A stretch of 64,000 bases of DNA, taken from the IMG/VR virus record IMGVR_UViG_3300044959_000131, positions 1-64,000 of that record; one strand, 5' to 3'. The stretch comes from a virus. This document shows, piece after piece, positions 16,357 to 23,993 of this stretch. Within the stretch, counting starts at the first letter, position 1. Every line of letters starts with the position of its first letter. The notes beneath the pieces were generated by a model, which was not told the DNA's origin, searched no databases, and was given only the letters and a program-made list of their open reading frames with translations. The translations under genes and the position numbers were made by a program.

Positions 16357-16546
16357 GCTCATTCGTAACGTTCTTAGGCACTTGTTCAGGGCTGGAGTGG
16401 CTGGTGAGGTGCCATCCATCACAATACTTACAACGATATGCACGTTGGCCGTGCTTATGAGCTTCTCTTCTCGCTTGGCCTTCGTGCTTGAACTTCACCT
16501 TCCTTGAACAGCTCTTCCACATCTTCCACGCTTTCCAGTCTGTCAT
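16349..16546 (-). CDS. small phage Zn-finger protein
   Basis: CSRKVKF...RAYRCKYCDGWHLTS; start refined to just after tRNA-Val. Confidence 0.65.
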   Translation of the reverse strand: MTDWKAWKMWKSCSRKVKFKHEGQARREAHKHGQRAYRCKYCDGWHLTSHSSPEQVPKNVTNEHA

Positions 16547-16547
16547 G

Positions 16548-16620
16548 TGGCCGACCCCGGAATTGAACCGGGCCCTCCGGTGTGTAAGACCAGCGCTCTC
16601 ACCAAGTGAGCTAGTCAGCC
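16548..16620 (-). tRNA. tRNA-Val(UAC)
   Basis: CTGGT-CTTACAC-ACCGG. Confidence 0.93.
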
Positions 16621-16640
16621 GGTTACGGTTATATATTTTG

Positions 16641-16713
16641 TGGACTCCACGGGAGTCGAACCCGTCACCTCCGCCGTGCAAAGGCGGCGCTCTACCAGAT
16701 GAGCTAGGAGCCC
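16641..16713 (-). tRNA. tRNA-Ala(UGC)
   Basis: CCGCC-TTTGCAC-GGCGG; G3:U70 identity pair present. Confidence 0.95.
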
Positions 16714-16746
16714 AAGTACGGTACCTGTCCGCATCTCCTTAAGTGA

Positions 16747-16789
16747 TAATAGATGGATTCAGACCATAATGGTCTGAATCCATCTATTA
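16747..16789. repeat. perfect inverted repeat, 21-bp arms, 1-nt centre
   Basis: TAATAGATGGATTCAGACCAT-A-ATGGTCTGAATCCATCTATTA. Confidence 0.95.
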
Positions 16790-16816
16790 CTTATACCAAG
16801 AGAGGGAGTCTTTTTC
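16788..16816 (-). promoter_or_regulatory. candidate phage promoter (A-tract...GGTATAAGTA)
   Basis: Same 10-mer recurs at 28394-28403; the core GTATAAGT also occurs at 27778-27785. Confidence 0.5.
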
Positions 16817-16819
16817 GAT

Positions 16820-17059
16820 TCAATCCGAGATGAGCTCGGCTTCGATCTTCTTCTTTTTCAGTCGAGCAAGTGCCTTCTTTGCGGAGCTTTCGTCCTTGAA
16901 TAAGAAGCTGATATCGCGAATCCTTGTAACGAGGTTCGTCCCTGCTCCTTCTTCTGGACGTCCGACGATTCCACGAATAGTGGAGTCGAGACCGAACCCT
17001 GGGTAGCGGTCGATGTCGTAATACACGTTCAGCCGGAACGACTTGGACTGCTTCCTCAT
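16820..17059 (-). CDS. hypothetical protein
   Basis: AAGGAG SD before ATG 17059. Confidence 0.65.
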   Translation of the reverse strand: MRKQSKSFRLNVYYDIDRYPGFGLDSTIRGIVGRPEEGAGTNLVTRIRDISFLFKDESSAKKALARLKKKKIEAELISD

Positions 17060-17104
17060 TACAAGTGCTCTCCTTTGTTTATGGGTCCACAATTCTTGAG
17101 ATCT

Positions 17105-17554
17105 TCAATTCTTGAGATCTTCTACGTACCACTCCAACTGACGTTCGCTCCATCTACGACGAAGTGTGCGAACGAACTTGCGGCCGTGTTTCGATACTAT
17201 CGTAACGTTGATGTACTTCGGTCTTGCGAAGTCGAAGGCCAGTTCCCACATTTTTAATGCGATGCCGCGCCTTCTATACGCCGCCTCGACCCATGTACCA
17301 GCGGCATGTAGTTCCGGCACAGGATGGTCGTCTTTGGTTGGGTACTCGAACACGTTGAATCGAAAGAATCCGATGACTCTATGGTTTGTCGTCGCGACAA
17401 TAACGTAATCGCAAGGAAGATACGCCCACTCCTTGAAAAAATTATGCCCATGATTAGAAATTCTTGGACGTTGAACGTGCGATGTGAAAGGCCCTGCGAG
17501 GTAGTGCGTTGAGCTGATTCTATAGTTGATACGCTTTGTTGGGTCTAGCGTCAT
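17105..17554 (-). CDS. GNAT-family acetyltransferase
   Basis: WVEAAYRRRGIALKMW acetyl-CoA binding motif; start refined to the ATGA overlap at 17554. Confidence 0.7.
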   Translation of the reverse strand: MTLDPTKRINYRISSTHYLAGPFTSHVQRPRISNHGHNFFKEWAYLPCDYVIVATTNHRVIGFFRFNVFEYPTKDDHPVPELHAAGTWVEAAYRRRGIALKMWELAFDFARPKYINVTIVSKHGRKFVRTLRRRWSERQLEWYVEDLKN

Positions 17555-18339
17555 TGCAGCTTCTCCAGCAGCCCAATCCACTCCTGCATGCTGCTGCGGA
17601 GGCAGGACAGACACACTGCGCTCGTCATCCACGAGTCGTTGTACTGCTTCCACGTCCCGAAGTGCCGTCTTTCCCCGCTTTCGCCGTGGCAGACGATGCA
17701 GCGGCCCGGCTCCACGTTTGCGACTGCAAAACCGTTGTTTTCGACGTGGTAGGCCGGTGCATCTCCCTTCGAGTACTGCCCCGGCGGCTGGATGGTGAAG
17801 AAATTTTCCATGCGCGCACCGAGGTGCCACGAGTGACGCACCTCGTCTGGCGAGTCTATGGCCTCACTTTGTGCAAACCAGATGCACGACAACGGCCCAG
17901 TCTTGTGCTGTGCGACGAATGGCTTCAACTCGTCAGGGACTTGGTGCTTTTTCTGTGAGAAAGAAACGGACGCCGTATTGAGACCAACGCGCAACCCGGC
18001 CGCCTCGAAATGCTTTCTCACGTCTTCTTTGTGTTCCCGCGGCATGAGGGGCACGACAATGCGTAGCGTCCGGGCGGGCACCAACTCGTAGTAGCTGTAC
18101 ACCTTGTTCTCTTCTTCGTCTCTCTCGTGGCGCACACAAATTCCCCTGTCGGTGAGGCGCGAGAGAAACAACTCCACCGGGTTGACGTCCGTCCGGTACC
18201 CGTCCTCTCCGGGGAATTTGTAGTGGGTACCGTGTTTGGCGCAGCAGCTTGCAACGTATGCCGGTCTCTGGCTTGCTTCTTCGACTTTCTTTCTGAGCGA
18301 CTCCAGGCTTTGTTTTTCGGATAGGTTGAGAATGCTCAT
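17551..18339 (-). CDS. hypothetical protein with C-terminal Zn-finger
   Basis: CIVCH...CLSC; GGAGG SD. Confidence 0.65.
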   Translation of the reverse strand: MSILNLSEKQSLESLRKKVEEASQRPAYVASCCAKHGTHYKFPGEDGYRTDVNPVELFLSRLTDRGICVRHERDEEENKVYSYYELVPARTLRIVVPLMPREHKEDVRKHFEAAGLRVGLNTASVSFSQKKHQVPDELKPFVAQHKTGPLSCIWFAQSEAIDSPDEVRHSWHLGARMENFFTIQPPGQYSKGDAPAYHVENNGFAVANVEPGRCIVCHGESGERRHFGTWKQYNDSWMTSAVCLSCLRSSMQEWIGLLEKLQ

Positions 18340-18686
18340 TTCGCCTCCGATTCAGATGTCTGATCGTGATCGTCGGAGAGCTCGTCGAGAACGGACCTCA
18401 CGTCTGGAATTTTGCCCTCGTTGATGATGGTCGCCAGGCGATAGATGACCAAATACCAGTCGTGGTTTTCCCACAGCTTCTGGTCCGCCTTTTCGACTTC
18501 GGTGAGATCGTATGCGGTTTTAACGACTAGGTTTCGCAGGAAGGAACGAGATCCATCGTTTTTCTCGATGTTGATATCTCGTTTCAGATGCGCTTCTTTG
18601 GCCTTGTCGAAATCCAACTCCCTTGCCAGCTCGAAGACGTTTTCTCCAAACCGTTCACTGTTCTCGTCCATGTGACCGTTCAACAT
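18336..18686 (-). CDS. hypothetical protein
   Basis: AGGAG SD, overlap-coupled. Confidence 0.65.
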   Translation of the reverse strand: MLNGHMDENSERFGENVFELARELDFDKAKEAHLKRDINIEKNDGSRSFLRNLVVKTAYDLTEVEKADQKLWENHDWYLVIYRLATIINEGKIPDVRSVLDELSDDHDQTSESEAK

Positions 18687-18689
18687 CTC

Positions 18690-19034
18690 CTAACACACTT
18701 TGTCTTTTCCTGCATTCCTACGAGCCATTATTTCAGCGACTAGCTTCTCATGACCGCGCCTTGCATCTTCCTCATTCGTATATCGACGGCACTCTCTCCA
18801 ACCACCGTCGTAATACGCCATCGTCTCGAAGATGACGGGTTTGTCGGACAGCGGATCATGGTCAATTCCAAGCCACACCGTCGAGACGTACTCACCTTCC
18901 TTGGAAAGAGAAGTCCAACAGATTCGCCAGTATGATTCGTCTCCTCCCCTCTTCCGGAAGAACTCGTCTCTAGATAGAGGAGAACCATCTCTGTCGTAGT
19001 AGATATGACTCCTGTCATGGTGTGTTTTGTCCAC
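18690..19034 (-). CDS. conserved phage hypothetical protein
   Basis: VSTVWLGIDH...FETM...RRY...A..GH pattern recalled from other phages. Confidence 0.7.
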   Translation of the reverse strand: MDKTHHDRSHIYYDRDGSPLSRDEFFRKRGGDESYWRICWTSLSKEGEYVSTVWLGIDHDPLSDKPVIFETMAYYDGGWRECRRYTNEEDARRGHEKLVAEIMARRNAGKDKVC

Positions 19035-19078
19035 AGTGCTTACTCCATAAGAGGAACCAGATCATTTCGATGTTTGCT

Positions 19079-19152
19079 TCTGGGTGGCCGGATTCGAACC
19101 GACGACCTTCTGCTCCCAAGGCAGACGCTCTACCAGGCTGAGCCACACCCAG
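19079..19152 (-). tRNA. tRNA-Pro(UGG)
   Basis: TCTGC-CTTGGGA-GCAGA; C1:G72, A73. Confidence 0.95.
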
Positions 19153-19172
19153 TTAATTGCTATCTGACTTAC

Positions 19173-19400
19173 TTATTCTCCGAGGTACGGAACGTTCTCG
19201 TCTTCCGAAAAGATGAAGTACTGAACGCCATTACGGACGATGGTTTTAGGTGGTGAGTGGTTGACCATCTTGACTCGTTGTCTTGGTGGCCAACTTATGA
19301 ACAGCTTCACTTTCTTGTCTGTCTTACTACTCATCGTCCTTTCGTAGCACTCGATGGCACTTCGAAGAGAAGTGTGTGGGTGTCTCCTGCAAAACTTCAT
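19173..19400 (-). CDS. small basic hypothetical protein
   Basis: 75-aa ORF; true start uncertain. Confidence 0.45.
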   Translation of the reverse strand: MKFCRRHPHTSLRSAIECYERTMSSKTDKKVKLFISWPPRQRVKMVNHSPPKTIVRNGVQYFIFSEDENVPYLGE

Positions 19401-19442
19401 CTTACTGACCTTAGAAGTCGAAACTCATAATTAATAATTTCA

Positions 19443-19476
19443 ACGTGTGACTGGGATAATCCCCCCAGTCACACGT
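19443..19476 (-). terminator. 13-bp hairpin downstream of DUF6745-like gene
   Basis: ACGTGTGACTGGG-8nt-CCCAGTCACACGT, followed by an AT-rich tract. Confidence 0.6.
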
Positions 19477-19490
19477 CGTCTGTATTCACC

Positions 19491-20480
19491 TCAAGGTGTT
19501 ACCTCCCATCCGTTCCAAGCAACACGAACTAGGCGCTGGCGACGCATCTCCTCGAGTGTCTCTCCGGGTCCTTCCAACTCCAGCTCGCTAGGCCGCTCAC
19601 AGAGAATGGCAAACTCGCGGTGCGGCCAGATGAGGCAGCAACTCTCACACAGCGCCGCGTAGGCGCGGGCCCGTAACTCCATGTCGCGCCCAATGTCGAG
19701 TCGCAGTACGTCGAGGGCATAGGATACAGCAGCGGGGCCCCACCACCAGCTGCCAACCGAGAACTGGGCCTCAAGGTAGCGCCGCCAGAGGTCGGCCACA
19801 GCAACGCCCGCCGCACTGTGCAACCCGTAGCACACTGCATCGCCAATCGCTCGATGGGTGGTGTTGCTCACTTCGAAGTGAACCACACGTCGCATTACAC
19901 CATGCACGGCACGATGTACCGCTCCATGCACCGTGTCGCCCACAGCGCTACATAATGCATCCTCCAGCTCTCTGGTCACGCTGTCGTGTACCGCGTCATG
20001 CACCGCCGAATGTACATCGGTGTGCATCAAGTCGCGTACCACGCCTTGCACGACAATAAACACTTCGCCCCGTACTGCGCCGCTGACGGAGTCGTACACC
20101 ACGCTGTCACCAGACAGCTGGAGCGCAGCCCGCGCACCCGCGAGGCACGCCACCAACGGTGACGACGCCCAAATGAGTCGCTTTGGAGGATGAAGTCGAG
20201 AGAGGCGATAGCAGGCGAGTAGAGCAGCCTCTGCTAGCGCCCTGTCGGCGGGCTGTATGCATCGGCCAACAGCAATCCACCGTCGTGCGTGCTCGTCGAG
20301 CTGCGCGCGCTCTTCGTCGGTAAGCGACTCCACACGCTTGCGCAGCGGCCCCTCGCGCTGCGGCAACTCGTCCCGGTACAGACGCGCCACGTCGATGCGG
20401 CCCTGCTCATCGTACCAGTCGCCGAGGACTTCGCGTCCATCGGCGGTGGAGGCGAGGGTGAGTATTTCCTGCTGCGTCAC
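19491..20480 (-). CDS. DUF6745-like protein with internal tetrapeptide repeats
   Basis: RWIAVG...ADRALAE...PPKRLIWASSP; xVHD/AVHG repeats; C-terminal WPHREFAILCERP. Confidence 0.7.
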   Translation of the reverse strand: MTQQEILTLASTADGREVLGDWYDEQGRIDVARLYRDELPQREGPLRKRVESLTDEERAQLDEHARRWIAVGRCIQPADRALAEAALLACYRLSRLHPPKRLIWASSPLVACLAGARAALQLSGDSVVYDSVSGAVRGEVFIVVQGVVRDLMHTDVHSAVHDAVHDSVTRELEDALCSAVGDTVHGAVHRAVHGVMRRVVHFEVSNTTHRAIGDAVCYGLHSAAGVAVADLWRRYLEAQFSVGSWWWGPAAVSYALDVLRLDIGRDMELRARAYAALCESCCLIWPHREFAILCERPSELELEGPGETLEEMRRQRLVRVAWNGWEVTP

Positions 20481-20542
20481 AGAATCACCTCGACGAGGAG
20501 AAAATCATCGCGCAGCCTCTGTCGGCATGGTGCCCTCCATTC

Positions 20543-20797
20543 CTACGCCTTGAGCGGTGATGATGGCGTAGTCACCTCTTGTTTCCTACGAGGCACAGCC
20601 AGCAGGCGCTCCCCTTCTGCCTTGTACTCCGCCCTCTTCTTCTCGTTTTTCTCTTTCTTCGCTCGATCAAGAAACATCATCGCTTGTTGGCAGCGGTGGC
20701 ATTCCTTACCCAGACCCTTGTGGCCACACTTGAACAATCGACGCATGTACGTACTCCCTTTTGGTGGATACTTCGTTTCGTGACGCACGACCATCAT
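20543..20797 (-). CDS. small basic Zn-binding hypothetical protein
   Basis: FKCGH...CHRC. Confidence 0.55.
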   Translation of the reverse strand: MMVVRHETKYPPKGSTYMRRLFKCGHKGLGKECHRCQQAMMFLDRAKKEKNEKKRAEYKAEGERLLAVPRRKQEVTTPSSPLKA

Positions 20798-20803
20798 GTG
20801 TAG

Positions 20804-21082
20804 TCAGAGCGTCAAACTCACTGTGACGCGCCAACGACAATTCGGACAAATACTACTCCAAGCAATTTGATCAAAGCGTGGTCCTTGGAGCAGTAGAACC
20901 AGTGGTCTCCCACAGACACATGTCGTGGGCATCTCTGTAAAGTTCATCGGCTTAGTCTTCGACTTCCTGTGACAGCGACTTTTCGCGGAAAACTCTTTCG
21001 AAGAGGCCTTCTTCTCTTTCTCCTTCGTTATCTTCATCTTGAGCATCGTGTCCTCGGATCCAGATCCGTCCAAATAGCCCAC
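20804..21082 (-). CDS. small Zn-ribbon hypothetical protein
   Basis: TCVCG...ICPNC. Confidence 0.5.
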   Translation of the reverse strand: MGYLDGSGSEDTMLKMKITKEKEKKASSKEFSAKSRCHRKSKTKPMNFTEMPTTCVCGRPLVLLLQGPRFDQIAWSSICPNCRWRVTVSLTL

Positions 21083-21098
21083 ACGATATCGAACGTAC

Positions 21099-21470
21099 CT
21101 ACTCCCTCCTTTCTAGAATTGAATCGATTACCTCTATGATCTCTCGTCGAGATATTGGCTTCGTCAATACTGCGTTCGCACCGGCCAAGCTCGAATCTCG
21201 TTGTAAATCTCCGCTCCCGCCCGTCAAAACGACGATGGGCGTATCTTTGAGTTTTTCATCTGCCCGAATTGATCTCACCAAGGCGATTCCATCCATCACC
21301 GGCATCATGAGGTCTGTGATGATGAGGTCTGGCTCGAACTGCCTGGCCATTCCATATCCCTCAAGACCGTTCTTGGCCTCGTATATTTTGTAGCTCAGTC
21401 GAACGAGGAAGAGCTTGAGAATTGTACGGATCGGTTCCTCGTCCTCAACGATGAGAATCTTCTTTGTCAT
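21099..21470 (-). CDS. single-domain response regulator receiver (CheY-like)
   Basis: ILIVEDE, DLIITDLMMPVMDG (phospho-Asp), VVLTG, LTKP. Confidence 0.92.
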   Translation of the reverse strand: MTKKILIVEDEEPIRTILKLFLVRLSYKIYEAKNGLEGYGMARQFEPDLIITDLMMPVMDGIALVRSIRADEKLKDTPIVVLTGGSGDLQRDSSLAGANAVLTKPISRREIIEVIDSILERRE

Positions 21471-21510
21471 GAGTGTAGTTATTTTCTCATGACTTGATAT
21501 GTGGGAAGTA

Positions 21511-21583
21511 TTGGCCCGGCGGGACTCGAACCCGCATCTGTTCGGTTATGAGCCGACGGCTCTACCAATTGAGCTACAGGCCA
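21511..21583 (-). tRNA. tRNA(CAU), probably Ile2 (lysidine type)
   Basis: CTCATAA loop; C4:G69 and C5:G68 (TilS determinants); not initiator-like. Confidence 0.8.
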
Positions 21584-21584
21584 G

Positions 21585-21656
21585 AGCCCACAGAGGGATT
21601 CGAACCCCCGACCTGTCGCTTACAAAGCGAAAGCTCTACCACTGAGCTATGTGGGC
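21585..21656 (-). tRNA. tRNA-Thr(UGU)
   Basis: TCGC-TTTGTAA-GCGA. Confidence 0.93.
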
Positions 21657-21662
21657 TTCGTT

Positions 21663-21733
21663 CTGGGGCGCAGGGACTCGAACCCTGATGCGTGGCTTCA
21701 AAGGCCACTGTCCTACCTTTAGACGACACCCCA
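21663..21733 (-). tRNA. tRNA-Gln(UUG)
   Basis: GTGGC-CTTTGAA-GCCAC; U1:A72, G73. Confidence 0.93.
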
Positions 21734-21740
21734 ACTACAT

Positions 21741-22217
21741 TTATTTTAGATGGACGACAGTAACCATCGTCTCAGCACCGGCGTCGAAGATTTGATCTTC
21801 GGTGTCAAATATTCCCTCGTCCCTGTAGAACTCTTTGTAGACGATTCGATTGATACCAGCGTTGGCGATTAGCTTGAAGCATGTCCAACATGGAGATGTT
21901 GTAGTGTAGATTGTCGATCCATCGAGTCTTACTCCGTTTTTCGCGGCTTGTACGATAGCGTTGGCCTCTGCATGAACCGTCCTCACGCAGTGACCATTGT
22001 GCATCATGCAGCCAATGTCTATATTTCCATCCTCGCAGTGTAGGGATCCTCTGATAGAACCATTGTAGCCAGTTGAAAGAATGATTCGGTCCCGGACGAT
22101 GACGGCGCCTACGTGTTTCCTTGGGCAAGTTGCTCGCGTCGATACTTCTCGCGCAATTCTCATGAAGTAACGGTCCCAGTCTAACCTCTTCTTCTGAAGC
22201 TTCTTCTTTCTCTTCAT
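21741..22217 (-). CDS. dCMP deaminase (ComEB/cytidine-deoxycytidylate deaminase family)
   Basis: RATCPRKHVGAVIV...GYNG...HAEANA...PCWTC. Confidence 0.92.
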   Translation of the reverse strand: MKRKKKLQKKRLDWDRYFMRIAREVSTRATCPRKHVGAVIVRDRIILSTGYNGSIRGSLHCEDGNIDIGCMMHNGHCVRTVHAEANAIVQAAKNGVRLDGSTIYTTTSPCWTCFKLIANAGINRIVYKEFYRDEGIFDTEDQIFDAGAETMVTVVHLK

Positions 22218-22247
22218 AAAGTCTCAAAGATGATGAAGGAGTTGAAG

Positions 22248-22319
22248 AGCGGGCGAAGGGAATCGAACCCTCGACATTCAGCTTGGAAGGCTGACGTTCT
22301 ACCTCTGAACTACGCCCGC
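22248..22319 (-). tRNA. tRNA-Gly(UCC)
   Basis: TCAGC-CTTCCAA-GCTGA; U73. Confidence 0.95.
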
Positions 22320-22320
22320 A

Positions 22321-22627
22321 GACGACATCGTAAAGAGTAACTATGTCGGTTAGAGGTTCACTGCTAACTTCACATAGACCATTCCCGCATAGGTCGCGAC
22401 CCTAGTCCTCTCCGAATCTACCCCGCTCATTTCGAGCTTTCACGGGCTCGCCATGAGCGGATTCGGCTGTGCTTAACCTCTCCAGGGGCCTAGACAAGGA
22501 TGAGTTGTTGTCTAGGGATTCAAGGATTGGCGTCCACTTTATGTGTGGCTCGCTTACACCACGGGTAGCAGTCTATACAGTTGAGTTATCTATAAGCATT
22601 TGTGCTCGATTACTACAATCAAATGAT
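22321..22627 (-). ncRNA. candidate structured non-coding RNA of unknown class
   Basis: No credible ORF; nested stems 22412-22466, 9-bp stem 22489-22516, stems 22341-22377; lies between tRNA-Lys and tRNA-Gly. Confidence 0.55.
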
Positions 22628-22699
22628 TACCGCCGGAGGGAATTGAACCCTCGACCCTTCGCTTAAAAGGCGAGTGCTCTACCACTGAGCTACGGCGGT
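22628..22699 (-). tRNA. tRNA-Lys(UUU)
   Basis: TCGC-CTTTTAA-GCGA. Confidence 0.93.
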
Positions 22700-22739
22700 T
22701 TGATATTCGGACTTCAGCTTCAACAGGTTTTGGAGTCGC

Positions 22740-23879
22740 CTAGAACTTCTCAGCAAATCTCCAAACCACAGGAAATCTGGGCTTGTTGTACTTGGTCCAC
22801 CCTTGGAACTTGACCGTGACCTCTCTGCCGATGACCAGATTTGGGTTCTCGTAGTACCTTTTCAGGTCTTCTAGCTTACCCTTCATCTTAGCGTCGAAAG
22901 TGTCCCCATTTGGGTAATCCTTCCCGGGAGGAAGCTGACATACGAATAGCGCATGTCCTGCCATCTTTCCACGACCTTCTTTCACTCCGATGACGGTGAA
23001 TTCCTCATCCATGAATGTCTTCAACTTCTGAAGGTCAACGCTTCGCCTCTCCACGTACTTACCGTGCGCGTTGCGAACCATGGCTCCCTCATATCCGAGG
23101 GCATTGAATTCCTCGAACGCAACCATCATCTCATCCTCATCCTCAACTTTGATGGTCTCAACGAGCTTGATGGGAGAGCTTGTTGAATTGCGCGCCGAGA
23201 ATACACTTCTGAGCCAGTTGAATCGCTCCTCGAAGGTTCCTGGCATGTTGATATCGTAGATATGGTACTCCACCACCTCATGACCGGGCTCCGGAGCTGA
23301 AGAACGGATGAAGTGTGTGAGCTCCTCGAACCGATTTCGGAAATCGTGATTGTAGAGTTCTCCATCGGGGAGAATCTTCCCAGGGAACTCATGAAACAGT
23401 TCGTAGAGAGCCTCTGCAATATGAGGCATCGACGTGATGGGTTTCCGAGTCCGAGACCAGAGCGTTACGTCCCTATCAGCTATGACCGCCGTGCAGCGAT
23501 GGCCGTCAAGCTTCGGCTGAACATAGGCCGGGAACACGATTGAGTCGCCCCTCTCGCTGTAATTGTGAGCCAGCATAGGGAAGTATCCTCCTTCGATTAC
23601 GGAGTCCACCTTCCCTTGTTTTGCATCTTCCAGGCTCTGGACGTACCCGTTCTTGAGCTTTTTCTTCCACTGTGACTCTGCTTCTGCCTCTGCTTGTTGA
23701 ACTGGTGTTGTCTCGTTGGAGCGGCCTATATTCTTGCCCTCCTTTACAACATCTTCAATTTCCTGAATCTTACCGCCAACTTGACCGAACCGGGTTATGA
23801 TTACGTTTCCCCTGGTCTCGATCTCCCACATCTGGTATGCGCCGGTACTTGTCTTCTTGAAAAGTCTTGGAAACTTCAA
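22740..23879 (-). CDS. ATP-dependent DNA ligase with N-terminal WGR-like domain
   Basis: QPKLDGHR (motif I), DGELY, YHIYD, EGAMVR, KLK, OB-fold; probable TTG start at 23879 behind GGAG. Confidence 0.92.
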   Translation of the reverse strand: MKFPRLFKKTSTGAYQMWEIETRGNVIITRFGQVGGKIQEIEDVVKEGKNIGRSNETTPVQQAEAEAESQWKKKLKNGYVQSLEDAKQGKVDSVIEGGYFPMLAHNYSERGDSIVFPAYVQPKLDGHRCTAVIADRDVTLWSRTRKPITSMPHIAEALYELFHEFPGKILPDGELYNHDFRNRFEELTHFIRSSAPEPGHEVVEYHIYDINMPGTFEERFNWLRSVFSARNSTSSPIKLVETIKVEDEDEMMVAFEEFNALGYEGAMVRNAHGKYVERRSVDLQKLKTFMDEEFTVIGVKEGRGKMAGHALFVCQLPPGKDYPNGDTFDAKMKGKLEDLKRYYENPNLVIGREVTVKFQGWTKYNKPRFPVVWRFAEKF

Positions 23880-23993
23880 GGCTGACTCCAGTTGAATCTT
23901 TGGATCGTATCTGAGAAGATGTAAACGCTCTGATTTACAACCCTCGCCCAAATTACTACCCGAGACTATTGATATATTGGAGAAGGACGCTCG

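Noticed and set aside
16547-16713. N-terminal part of ORF 16349-16681
   Set aside because: It reads through tRNA-Ala and tRNA-Val; the true gene starts at 16546.
17555-17830. N-terminal half of ORF 17105-17830
   Set aside because: It overlaps 17551-18339 in another frame; the GNAT domain starts at an ATGA junction at 17554.
22321-22627. Identification as tmRNA, RNase P RNA, SRP RNA or a group I/II intron
   Set aside because: No tRNA-like ends or tag ORF, no GAGGAAAGUCC/P4 signature and no SRP loop. A GACUA/UAGUU pairing lacks the G:C guanosine-binding pair, and both flanking tRNAs are uninterrupted.
22469-22666. + strand 65-aa ORF
   Set aside because: It is antisense to tRNA-Lys and the structured region; no SD.
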